64,000 bases of DNA from a virus. A program made the position numbers and the translations under genes. Each line of letters begins with the position of its first letter. Position 1 is the stretch's first letter. Below are positions 8,139 to 16,733 of the stretch, one piece after another. Where the stretch lies: positions 1 through 64,000 of the IMG/VR virus record IMGVR_UViG_3300033417_000002; one strand, 5' to 3'. The notes under the pieces were generated by a model. The model saw only the letters and a program-made list of their open reading frames with translations, had not been told where the DNA came from and made no database searches.

Positions 8139-10175
8139 CTAAATGTGATAGCCGACTACACGGACAACCGCATTATTCATGGTTGCACCGCTTACTACCA
8201 GATAAAAATTCCCACTGGCATCTGTTGGTACAGTCACCGTCATTTCGGTACTGAAATTGGCAATCTGCGCCCTGATCAGGGCGATGTTAGTTCCGCCTGA
8301 GCTGCTGCGCAGTGCGCAGTTATTTGCCGCTGACGCGGCCGCCCACTGCCCGGATACTAAAACGTTGACCGCTTTTGCGGCCGCTGGATAACCGAATATG
8401 GCCGGTGTTAAAGTGTACGTTCCGGTTGTCTTGGTGTCGTCCCCGTTCCAGGAAGTGCTGGTCAGGGGAGTGGTTAACTGCCGGAAGCCGTATACATCGT
8501 ATGCCGTCGATGATTTGACACTTTGCAAATTGCCACTAAACTGCACTTTTGCCGTACTAGAAACGACCACAAGTTGATTTGTGTTGATAACAACATCGTT
8601 ACCCGCGCCGCTTGTTGTAATGATCAGGTCAGCGCCGGGTGTGAGATAAAGAGAATCGTCAGCCTTGATCTGACCCGTTCCAACAAAATTCATCTGGATC
8701 CCGTCAGTGCCCTCCTCCTTGAAATCCACATGACGGATGGTAGATGTTGTTTTGACGGTAACACGCACGGAGTAAGCCCCCGCCGTGATAGTTTGCAACG
8801 TGAGGCTTCCACTGGCTGCGGCCGACACTATCGGTGTTGTAATCTTCTGTACTGTTACAAACCCGCTGGCATCCGTCGCCAGAATATGAGCATTGGCCGC
8901 ACCCGCTGCGCTGCTTGTCAGTGTTACCAACTGGCCTGCCAGACTCAAACCTAGTCCACTCACCGTTACCAATGCGTGATGAGCGTTGGCAATAGCTGCA
9001 TGGCTGGCAATCGCGGCCGTTGTCTCCGAATCTCTTGCGATAGACGCGGGTATGTCAGCATCCTCCAGCGCCCGGAACAGTGCCGTCGTCGCTCCGGTCG
9101 CAATTAACACCTGCCGGGCCGTTAGTCCGCTTACGGTGTGATCCGGTCCCAGGGCGGCCGTAGTGGCCAGAACGTGGCTTTGATTGTGGTGAGCATTAGG
9201 CAGCGCCGCGTGATCGGAAATTGCAGTTGTCACCTCGCTGTCTCGTGCAATTGCGGCCGGAATATCCGCATCCACTAGCAAGCGGAATGTCGGGATCGCT
9301 AACCCGCCTGAAGTTGGCCCGGCAAACACCAGGTTAGCCGCCTGCGTGTCCAGTGTGATTTCCTGCCCGGTCAGGCCGAGCAATTGGTTGCCCAGGTCGT
9401 TGCTGAGCGTAACGGCGCTGTGCAACTCGCTATCACGAGCAATAGACGCAGGTATGTCAGCATCCTCAATAGCTCTAAACAAGGCGGTTGTGGCCCCGGT
9501 CGCCACTAAAAATTGGCGTGCGGTTAATCCACTGACGGTATGGTCCGGACCAAGGGCGATGGTTGTCGCCAGTACGTGGCTCTGGGCGTGATGCACGTCG
9601 GCCAGCGCTGCATGGGCCGCAATGGCCGCCGTCACCTCGGCATCAGTGGCCATCGTTGAAGGCATATCCGCCTCCACCAATGACCGGAATGAAGGCACGG
9701 CCGCGCCGCCCGTCGTTGGCCCGGCAAAGACGATGTTCGCCGCCTGCGTGTCCAACCCCAATTCCTGAGTAGACAGGCTGAGCAGGTTGCTGTCCAAGCT
9801 CGCCGCCAACGTCACCGCGTCGTGCAGTTCGCTGTCTCGGGCAATCGCCGCCGGAATGTCCGCATCTTCCAGCGCCCGGAAAAGCGCCGCCGTTGCTCCG
9901 GTCGCAATCAGCACCTGCCGGGCAGTCAGGCCGCTGACCGTATGATCCGGCCCTAAAGCCGACGTGCTGGCCAACACGTGGCTCGTCACCGGCGGCGCAG
10001 TCCCGGTCGTCCAGGTTGTCCCCCCGTCGCTGTTGACGTAGAAAACCTTACCCACCGTATCCCAGCAGAACGTCCCCTCCGCCGCTTCCAGCAGCCCGTT
10101 GGGGTCACCGGCGTAGGTTAGCAGCGTTGGTGTGCGCTGTGTCTCCTGGTTGCGCAGCCGTCCATCCAGCGTCAC
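8139..10175 (-). CDS. tail fibre protein with tandem repeats
   Basis: 678 aa, Ala/Thr/Gly-rich; 2.5 copies of a 134-aa unit (SHVLATT.ALGPDHTVSGLTARQ.L.ATGAT.ALFRA.EDADIPA.IARDSE...); C-terminal beta-rich domain; position at the end of the tail module. Confidence 0.75.
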   Translation of the reverse strand: MTLDGRLRNQETQRTPTLLTYAGDPNGLLEAAEGTFCWDTVGKVFYVNSDGGTTWTTGTAPPVTSHVLASTSALGPDHTVSGLTARQVLIATGATAALFRALEDADIPAAIARDSELHDAVTLAASLDSNLLSLSTQELGLDTQAANIVFAGPTTGGAAVPSFRSLVEADMPSTMATDAEVTAAIAAHAALADVHHAQSHVLATTIALGPDHTVSGLTARQFLVATGATTALFRAIEDADIPASIARDSELHSAVTLSNDLGNQLLGLTGQEITLDTQAANLVFAGPTSGGLAIPTFRLLVDADIPAAIARDSEVTTAISDHAALPNAHHNQSHVLATTAALGPDHTVSGLTARQVLIATGATTALFRALEDADIPASIARDSETTAAIASHAAIANAHHALVTVSGLGLSLAGQLVTLTSSAAGAANAHILATDASGFVTVQKITTPIVSAAASGSLTLQTITAGAYSVRVTVKTTSTIRHVDFKEEGTDGIQMNFVGTGQIKADDSLYLTPGADLIITTSGAGNDVVINTNQLVVVSSTAKVQFSGNLQSVKSSTAYDVYGFRQLTTPLTSTSWNGDDTKTTGTYTLTPAIFGYPAAAKAVNVLVSGQWAAASAANNCALRSSSGGTNIALIRAQIANFSTEMTVTVPTDASGNFYLVVSGATMNNAVVRVVGYHI
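8960..9983 (-). repeat. about 400-bp tandem coding repeats (2.5 copies) inside the tail fibre gene
   Basis: Protein residues about 65-198, 199-332 and 333-405 align nearly residue for residue; the sub-motif DADIPAxIARDSE recurs five times. Confidence 0.8.
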
Positions 10176-11503
10176 AGGGCCACCTCGCTTTCTAGCTCCG
10201 GCGTAATCGTTTCCCGGCCGTCACTCGACCAGCCCACCGTTACCCCCACCACCTTCAGATTGTGTTCCCGGCCCAGGTACACGGCCGTTACCAGATCCCC
10301 TAAATCCCAATCACGGCCGTAGCGCGTCGCCGGTGTCTGGCGGGCAGTAAATGAGAGTGTGCGCTTGGGCCGCTGCTTGGCAATCGTCGCCGCGCCCAGG
10401 GCGTCCATTTCGTCGTCGCTGTAGCTGTTGCGGCTGCTCCTGGTCACCGCCCGCCGCGCCCAGGGGGAAAGCGCCAGCAGCGCAGCGTCGGCCGCCGTGC
10501 GCACCTTTTGCAGCGCCCCCACACCCTGTCCAAGGACATAGGCGGCATTGACCTCATCCAGGTGCGAGTAACCGGCGCTGACGCTTTCCATGTTGCCCAG
10601 TTCCGGCGAGAAAACAACCGGCGCGTTGCCGGCCGTGTTGCCTCGCGTCTTGTCATCACCCCAGCGGGTATTGCGCCAGGTGAAGGTGAACGCCGCCGGG
10701 CCGCTGCCTAGAATCATGTAATCGCCCGGCCCATACTCGGCCAGTTCGTCCAGCACGTCGGACAGCAGCTTGTCGGCCCGGTCGCCCTGCCAGGTCTTGC
10801 CCAGCGCCGGGCTGGCCGCCACTGTCAGGCCCGGCATGACCCGGCTGTTACCCAGCCCGTCAACGCCGGCCGATGGCCCAATGTTTTCCTCCACGTAAGC
10901 GCGGGCCACAGCCGCCACGTCGCCGCTCTTGGCCGCCCCGGCGCTGCCCTCGGCGGCCCGAACAACCTCGGCGTAGAGCATGATGTTATATCCCTGGCCG
11001 TAGCTGATAAATACGTAACGGCCGCTTTGCTCCTGGTTGAATTCCTCTTTGCGGTGGAAGACCTCGAAGTCCTTGTAATAGCTCAATCCAATCGCCGGAT
11101 CGCTTCTATAGAATTCCCACTGGTAATCCAGGTGGCTGCCGGCGCCGTCGGCCGGATCCAGCACCAGGTAATCACGCACCCGGTCATCGTTGCCGTAGAC
11201 GCGCACCGTCGCCGCCCCCGGCGTCCGCAGTCGCCGCCGGTAGCTAAACGCTTGCAGCCCACCGCCCGACAGCCCCCGGCCGCCCCCGGCGAATTGAGCG
11301 ACAACCGCGCCGTCATGGTCCAGGAGCTTCAGGAAATATTCGGCGGCGGTGGTCGTGAAGAACACCAGCGCCGGGGTAATGCCTGTGCCGGGCACGGCCG
11401 GGGTGGTAGCGGGCGCGGACGACGGGAATAGGCCCGTCGTCACAAACGGGGTGATGCTGCCCGGCCCGGCGCCAATGCCCAGGGTGATAATACTTTCAGC
11501 CAT
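10172..11503 (-). CDS. tail/baseplate structural protein (Sipho Gp37-like by pattern)
   Basis: 443 aa; position between fibre-like genes; general resemblance to siphovirus Gp37-type tail proteins (weak, from memory). Confidence 0.45.
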   Translation of the reverse strand: MAESIITLGIGAGPGSITPFVTTGLFPSSAPATTPAVPGTGITPALVFFTTTAAEYFLKLLDHDGAVVAQFAGGGRGLSGGGLQAFSYRRRLRTPGAATVRVYGNDDRVRDYLVLDPADGAGSHLDYQWEFYRSDPAIGLSYYKDFEVFHRKEEFNQEQSGRYVFISYGQGYNIMLYAEVVRAAEGSAGAAKSGDVAAVARAYVEENIGPSAGVDGLGNSRVMPGLTVAASPALGKTWQGDRADKLLSDVLDELAEYGPGDYMILGSGPAAFTFTWRNTRWGDDKTRGNTAGNAPVVFSPELGNMESVSAGYSHLDEVNAAYVLGQGVGALQKVRTAADAALLALSPWARRAVTRSSRNSYSDDEMDALGAATIAKQRPKRTLSFTARQTPATRYGRDWDLGDLVTAVYLGREHNLKVVGVTVGWSSDGRETITPELESEVAL

Positions 11504-11636
11504 TATATAGCGCCACTAGATTGTCCGTATAAATACGCCTGTTGCATCAATTGCGGAACCGACGAGGTTCGGCACAAGAGCAAGGGGCTTTGTATGCGAT
11601 GCTATCATAGGCAATGGGATAGACATAACCGTTCTC

Positions 11637-13118
11637 CTAGGAAGCGCGAGTAATTGATGTTGGATTGGTGGCATCGTCAAGCGTGAAGGTCATACTCGAC
11701 GTCGCCCCATCTTCCTTGTTTACCGTCACCGTCGTTCCGCTCACGCCCTTCTCCATCAGGAAGCGGGCGATCATCAGCAGCGCCTGGGCTACCGTCGGCC
11801 GGCTGCCATCGGCGGGCACGCTGTCGGGAATGACGTCGGTGCGGATGACGTCCACCACCTCAGCGTTAACCTCGGCGGCGCTCAGGTCATTGAGGGCGCT
11901 TACCTCGCTGCTCAGGGCGTGGGCCTGTACCTCTTCACCGAAACTACCGGCGGCCACGTGCCCGGCTTTCGCCTCATCCCACACAGCATCGGCATTTTCG
12001 GCCGCCGTCGGCAGGTCGCCTAACTGTGTATCTAGATTAGCGCTGGCCAGTCCAACGGCCGTCCGCACCCCGGCCGCATCCAAATCATTCAGGGCGGCAA
12101 TGAGGCCGGGCACGTCATCGGTTTGCAGTTCGTTGGTATCAGCCAGTACGTCAGCCAGAATTTTACCGGCCTGGCTGCCCGTGTAGGAACCGGGCAAAGC
12201 CGTCACCCAGGGATCGCCCGCGCCGCCGGCGGCGTTGAGCGCTTCGCCGGTGCTGCCCGCGCCCAGATGTCCGGCAATCGCCTCATCCCACACCGCATCG
12301 GCTACGTCGGCAGCGCTGGGAGCGGTTGCCCCGTCCAGGGCCTCGGCCGTACTGCCGGCCGTGCCGCTGTGATCGACAATTGCTTCTTCCCATACGGCGT
12401 CAGCAATGGCCGCAGCTGTCGGGTCGTTCAGGGCCGCCAGCTCGGAATCAAGTTCGGCCTTTGTCGGTGGATCGTAGGCGTTGAGGGCATCGGTAACTTC
12501 GCTCTGAACCTCAGCGTCCCAGGCGGTATTCCAGGGAACGGCCGTCAACCCCGCACCCGCTGCGCCAATCTCGGCCGTGTCAACGAGAATATTATCGACA
12601 ATACCGTCAACGGTGGCCAGGGCGGCTGCCGTAGCCAGGCCGGATTGAATCTCGGCCACAGCGTCGGCGGCCAGTTCGCTGGCTCCAATGGCGTCGGCGG
12701 CGATTTTGGCGGCGGTGATAGCGTCGGTGTCGATGGCTGTGGCGGTGATAAGCCCGGCTGTAATCTCATCAGCGTGTACCTGTAATTTATCAGCGCCAAA
12801 AAGAGAATCCCACACGTTGGCCGGCACCACCATAAAATCTTGCCAGACAGGCAGCGCCCCAGATTCGGAGACAAGTAGTTTTAATGTGCCTAATGTGTTG
12901 GTGTCGGTGGTGTCCAGTGGAATGTCATAGTAACCCAGTTCGTCATGAGTGGCCCCGGCGGCGTTGTTGCTTTGGGCAATATTGCCGCCGTTTTTACTTA
13001 GGCGGATGTCAGCCTGAGAGATGGTCAGTGCGGTTTCGGCCGTTACTCCGTCTGTCGAGTCCACAAACGGTCCGACTTTTACGGTTACGGCAGTGCTTTG
13101 TTTTAGCCACATCGTCAT
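11637..13118 (-). CDS. fibre-like structural protein with ADAVW(D/E)EA repeats
   Basis: 493 aa, Ala/Asp-rich; three copies of ADAVW[DE]EA..[GD]H...GS.GE; N-terminal beta domain. Confidence 0.55.
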   Translation of the reverse strand: MTMWLKQSTAVTVKVGPFVDSTDGVTAETALTISQADIRLSKNGGNIAQSNNAAGATHDELGYYDIPLDTTDTNTLGTLKLLVSESGALPVWQDFMVVPANVWDSLFGADKLQVHADEITAGLITATAIDTDAITAAKIAADAIGASELAADAVAEIQSGLATAAALATVDGIVDNILVDTAEIGAAGAGLTAVPWNTAWDAEVQSEVTDALNAYDPPTKAELDSELAALNDPTAAAIADAVWEEAIVDHSGTAGSTAEALDGATAPSAADVADAVWDEAIAGHLGAGSTGEALNAAGGAGDPWVTALPGSYTGSQAGKILADVLADTNELQTDDVPGLIAALNDLDAAGVRTAVGLASANLDTQLGDLPTAAENADAVWDEAKAGHVAAGSFGEEVQAHALSSEVSALNDLSAAEVNAEVVDVIRTDVIPDSVPADGSRPTVAQALLMIARFLMEKGVSGTTVTVNKEDGATSSMTFTLDDATNPTSITRAS

Positions 13119-13119
13119 G

Positions 13120-13848
13120 CTAATTTCTCCTCATGCGTGTCTTGTGTAACGTGCGCGGCGGCTGCGCTCCACCGCCAGCACCCCCCGCCACCCGAATTTC
13201 CACAGACAGCCCGACCCAATCCCGGTCCGAGCCGATGTTGTCAGCCGCTCCAATCGTGATAGCTCCGGCAGTGGCGATAGTCCGGCTCTCCGGATAGAGC
13301 CGAATATTCGTGCCTCCGCTGCCAACGGACACAGCATCGTGCTGCGTCCATCCAGTCGTCAAATCGACAGCAGAGTTCCGGGCGTCGAAGCCAACGACCA
13401 CAAGTGAATTATTATGCTCCGTAGTCATTGACCATGTGACGTCATTGTTATCCGTCCCGCCCGAATCCGCCCCATCCAATCCGTTCGTGTTGGCGCTCGC
13501 CTGCGCACCAAATGGCGAGGCGACATTGTGACCGTCGATCCTGAACACCTCGATAATTTCAGCGTCACAGGCGTCGGTTAGCGTTGCCGTTACAACCCCC
13601 TCCTCTGTAGGCGACCCTGCCGCAGACCATAATTCAATGGCAACCTGCGCCCGCCCGGCTACCTGACGGTCTACTAACGTCCAAGTCAACCCGAGGCCAG
13701 ATACACTATCGACCTGCTGCGCATTAAGACGCGTCGTAATAATGGCCAGGTAGAGCTGATCCGTCCCGACAGGAACGGCCGTCGATGTGGCGACGGAACT
13801 TGCGCCGGTATCCGATCCGGTGTGCGTGCTTTCAACGACTACGGCCAT
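13120..13848 (-). CDS. hypothetical structural protein (242 aa)
   Basis: ORF in the tail module; start overlaps the upstream stop (ATGA). Confidence 0.5.
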   Translation of the reverse strand: MAVVVESTHTGSDTGASSVATSTAVPVGTDQLYLAIITTRLNAQQVDSVSGLGLTWTLVDRQVAGRAQVAIELWSAAGSPTEEGVVTATLTDACDAEIIEVFRIDGHNVASPFGAQASANTNGLDGADSGGTDNNDVTWSMTTEHNNSLVVVGFDARNSAVDLTTGWTQHDAVSVGSGGTNIRLYPESRTIATAGAITIGAADNIGSDRDWVGLSVEIRVAGGAGGGAQPPRTLHKTRMRRN

Positions 13849-13970
13849 CAGTCGTCATCCTCGCTGTAATATCGCCTGTGCCAATGCTCGGATGCGCCCA
13901 GGCAATCTAGTAGATAAATGCCCAGGATGACGAGTGCGAGAACCCCAAGAAAACTAAGAAAAAGAGTCAT
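13848..13970 (-). CDS. small membrane protein (40 aa)
   Basis: Hand-translated: MTLFLSFLGVLALVILGIYLLDCLGASEHWHRRYYSEDDD; stop overlaps the next ATG (ATGA). Confidence 0.35.
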   Translation of the reverse strand: MTLFLSFLGVLALVILGIYLLDCLGASEHWHRRYYSEDDD

Positions 13971-14009
13971 ACGACACTCTCCAAAACAGGCCGCGGTAGA
14001 ATTGATGTG

Positions 14010-14144
14010 TCAGGTGTGGTTTTCTTTCCATTGCTTCACGGCCGTTACCAACTCTTTCTTATTCATCGCGGCAAAACCATCAATCCCCAGCCCCAGGGCC
14101 AGGATGGACAAAAACGCGGTTGGTATGGTTGCGCTTCGTTTCAT
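14010..14144 (-). CDS. small membrane protein (44 aa)
   Basis: Hand-translated: MKRSATIPTAFLSILALGLGIDGFAAMNKKELVTAVKQWKENHT; starts 3 nt after the upstream stop. Confidence 0.35.
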   Translation of the reverse strand: MKRSATIPTAFLSILALGLGIDGFAAMNKKELVTAVKQWKENHT

Positions 14145-14146
14145 AG

Positions 14147-15205
14147 TTAGCTTCCGGCCGTGTATTCGACGACGAAGCCGGCAAAGAACACGACTACTCC
14201 CAGCGTGTCGCTGGCGTCGCCGCCATCGCGAGCCGCACTAAGCGAGACGATGTCGCCGGCGGCCACGTTAGTGAGGGCCAGGGTATAGGGTGCGTTAAGA
14301 ACGTCGGCCGTTACCGCCGTTACCTGCCCGCCGGACGCGTCCGTGTGGTTATTGAACGCCTCGCCGACTGCGCCGTATTGGGCGGCCACTTGATAGGACA
14401 GGTTACCCGAAGCGGTGGCCGGCTCAAACAGGGCCTTGACCGTCATACCGGACAGGAAATCGGCCGGTACTTTGAAACGGCCGTAGGCACTCACCGACTT
14501 GGCGTCAACCATCGGCAGGCCGTGCGTAGCTTCCGGGACCTCACCAACGAGCACCTGAGTCGAGTCCGTCGTATTGAGGCCGGTCGGGGCCGGTACCAGG
14601 AAAGTGCGCGTCTCCGGGAACGACGTCGCAAACTGGGCAAACTCCCGCCGGTTGGTCAGGGACGACACCACGCCGCCGGTGCTGATCTGGTACTGCGCCA
14701 ATGGGACCATAAACAGCGTCGCCGAATCCGCGTCCAGCGTTGGCGCGGATGGTGAACCGGCCTCAGTGCCTTTCAGGACGGCCAGCATAGCCGTGAACGG
14801 CTTCAGGCTGGCCGATCCGCCGTAGTCGGTCAGGCTGGTGGGGAAGATCAGGCCGTTGCCGCTGGCGATGCCCGCCGTCCGGTTAACGGCCGTGTTGTTC
14901 TCCACCATCACCACTACATCAATGCGCGGGTTGGCTGATGGTGTCGTCGCCGTGAAGGTCGTAGCCGCGTTGCTTTTCAACAGGTGGCCATTGACGATAC
15001 CCCACCCGGTGTTGACCTGAATACTGGCCCCGGATGGATTGGTGACCGCCAGTTCGTTGAGGATGCCTTGCAGCGGCCCCTGGTTGGCCGGGTCGGTCGT
15101 AAACAGGGCCGCGTGCATCTCGGACCACTGGTCGGCGCTGTATGGGCCAGCGTGCGTGTAGCCTGAATTCTGGTGACCTGCTTGTGGTAAACTGATTTGC
15201 GTCAT
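14147..15205 (-). CDS. tail/baseplate structural protein (possible receptor-binding)
   Basis: 352 aa beta-rich ORF in the tail module; function by position only. Confidence 0.45.
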   Translation of the reverse strand: MTQISLPQAGHQNSGYTHAGPYSADQWSEMHAALFTTDPANQGPLQGILNELAVTNPSGASIQVNTGWGIVNGHLLKSNAATTFTATTPSANPRIDVVVMVENNTAVNRTAGIASGNGLIFPTSLTDYGGSASLKPFTAMLAVLKGTEAGSPSAPTLDADSATLFMVPLAQYQISTGGVVSSLTNRREFAQFATSFPETRTFLVPAPTGLNTTDSTQVLVGEVPEATHGLPMVDAKSVSAYGRFKVPADFLSGMTVKALFEPATASGNLSYQVAAQYGAVGEAFNNHTDASGGQVTAVTADVLNAPYTLALTNVAAGDIVSLSAARDGGDASDTLGVVVFFAGFVVEYTAGS

Positions 15206-15206
15206 C

Positions 15207-15449
15207 TCAATTGCTCCTTATTAAAGGCATAAAAACCTTATGTTCTGTCGGGAAATAGGCCGGGAATACCAGGCCCTCCTGCCCTGAGATTGCTGATGGG
15301 TCGAATACCCAGGCAAAGCCATCAACGGCCGTTTCTGAGCCAACCTGCCCGCGCAGCGGCTGACCGGACGCCGACACCCGCCTTAACCTAAACGCCACGG
15401 CCGTCAACCCAGCCAGTCTCAAAAATTCACGTCTGCTAAATGCCAACAT
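15207..15449 (-). CDS. small protein with twin-arginine (Tat) signal-like N-terminus
   Basis: 80 aa; MLAFSRREFLRLAGLTAVAF matches S-R-R-x-F-L-K plus a hydrophobic h-region. Confidence 0.5.
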   Translation of the reverse strand: MLAFSRREFLRLAGLTAVAFRLRRVSASGQPLRGQVGSETAVDGFAWVFDPSAISGQEGLVFPAYFPTEHKVFMPLIRSN

Positions 15450-16638
15450 ACAAATTACTCCACGTCATCCGGGCCGCGCTGGTGCCGACCAGCCCGCCGC
15501 TAAAAGCCACCGCCATTTCATTCACGCCGCCGGGCGCGGTGGGCGCTGGCTCAATGCCAAAACTGGCCAGGTCGCCGCTCAAATACGGCAGCAGGTTCGT
15601 GCCGTCGCTTTTCGTCGCCGTCAGGTTCAGCGTATTAATCGTCACGCTCTCCCCGGCGGCAATGTCATAATCCAGCGCCACCCGCCGCCCGGTCGTCAAA
15701 TTCTCGAAAGATGGGTCAGTCGCCGGGCCGTCAACCGTCAAGAGCGGTCGTGCCCGCTGCGTACCCCAATACACAACCTCTACCGTTTCCCCCACCGCGC
15801 CGGCCACAAACGCCCAACGGCCGTTGCCGCTTGACTGACCCATCCAGGCCCCGTCACCGTCAAAGACCAGGTCGCCTACTTCGTCGGGGATGACCCAGGT
15901 CTGCGACTGCTGCGTTCCGTACCAGAACGGGTCATGGGCCACGAAGCGCAGCGCTTCCCGGTAACCGGCCGGGTGAAATGGCGCTGGTCCCGGCCCCTGG
16001 TCAAACTGCGGCCCCTGCTCCAATAGGCAGAAAATGTCACGGATGGCCTGTTTGCGCCGGTACGACCAGGCCACGCCGGTGGCCGTGATGCCGGCGTAGG
16101 CCACTGCCAGCACCAGCGTAAAATCATTAGGCACGCTGCTGATGGTGTAGGTTACGCCGCCGATGGTTACCTGGCTGCCCGCTTCCAACCCGCCGCGGTG
16201 GATAAAACGGCCGGTTACGGCCGTCACCGTTTGCGAGCCGTTGGTCACGCTCATGTCACTGCCCCGCTCCAGTTTGCCGCCCGGCAGCCACTTGCGGTAA
16301 ACCAGCGGGTAGACGGCACTGCCGCCAAACGAGCGGCTGGGCCGGAGTAGATCAAGGAGGTCCTGCCGCCGGTCCCAAAACGCCTGCTGATTAATAAGCG
16401 TTTCGGCGATGACGATTTGAAAGGTGCGCGTGTCGTAGCGCATGTCCAGCGGCGATTCACCGTGTTGCAGCGGCCCGCGCTGGGTGATGAAGTGCAGCGG
16501 AGCCAAGCCAAAATTACGCGCCTCGCGCAGCTTGCGCGAGCCAAAGCCGAAGAGCGTCAGCAGCGGGTACGGCCGGTAACTGCCGCTGCCGTTGGGCACT
16601 AAAATCTGATCGCTCTCTGTCAGGCCATCTAAAGACAT
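15436..16638 (-). CDS. distal tail protein (by position)
   Basis: 400-aa ORF immediately after the tape measure gene. Confidence 0.5.
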   Translation of the reverse strand: MSLDGLTESDQILVPNGSGSYRPYPLLTLFGFGSRKLREARNFGLAPLHFITQRGPLQHGESPLDMRYDTRTFQIVIAETLINQQAFWDRRQDLLDLLRPSRSFGGSAVYPLVYRKWLPGGKLERGSDMSVTNGSQTVTAVTGRFIHRGGLEAGSQVTIGGVTYTISSVPNDFTLVLAVAYAGITATGVAWSYRRKQAIRDIFCLLEQGPQFDQGPGPAPFHPAGYREALRFVAHDPFWYGTQQSQTWVIPDEVGDLVFDGDGAWMGQSSGNGRWAFVAGAVGETVEVVYWGTQRARPLLTVDGPATDPSFENLTTGRRVALDYDIAAGESVTINTLNLTATKSDGTNLLPYLSGDLASFGIEPAPTAPGGVNEMAVAFSGGLVGTSAARMTWSNLYVGI

Positions 16639-16733
16639 GCTAAATTAGAACCCCTGTGCTGTAATCAACTATGCCAACCTGCACAATCTGCTTAGGCCAA
16701 TTGCGTGACAAATTAACTGGTCTCATATCTAAA

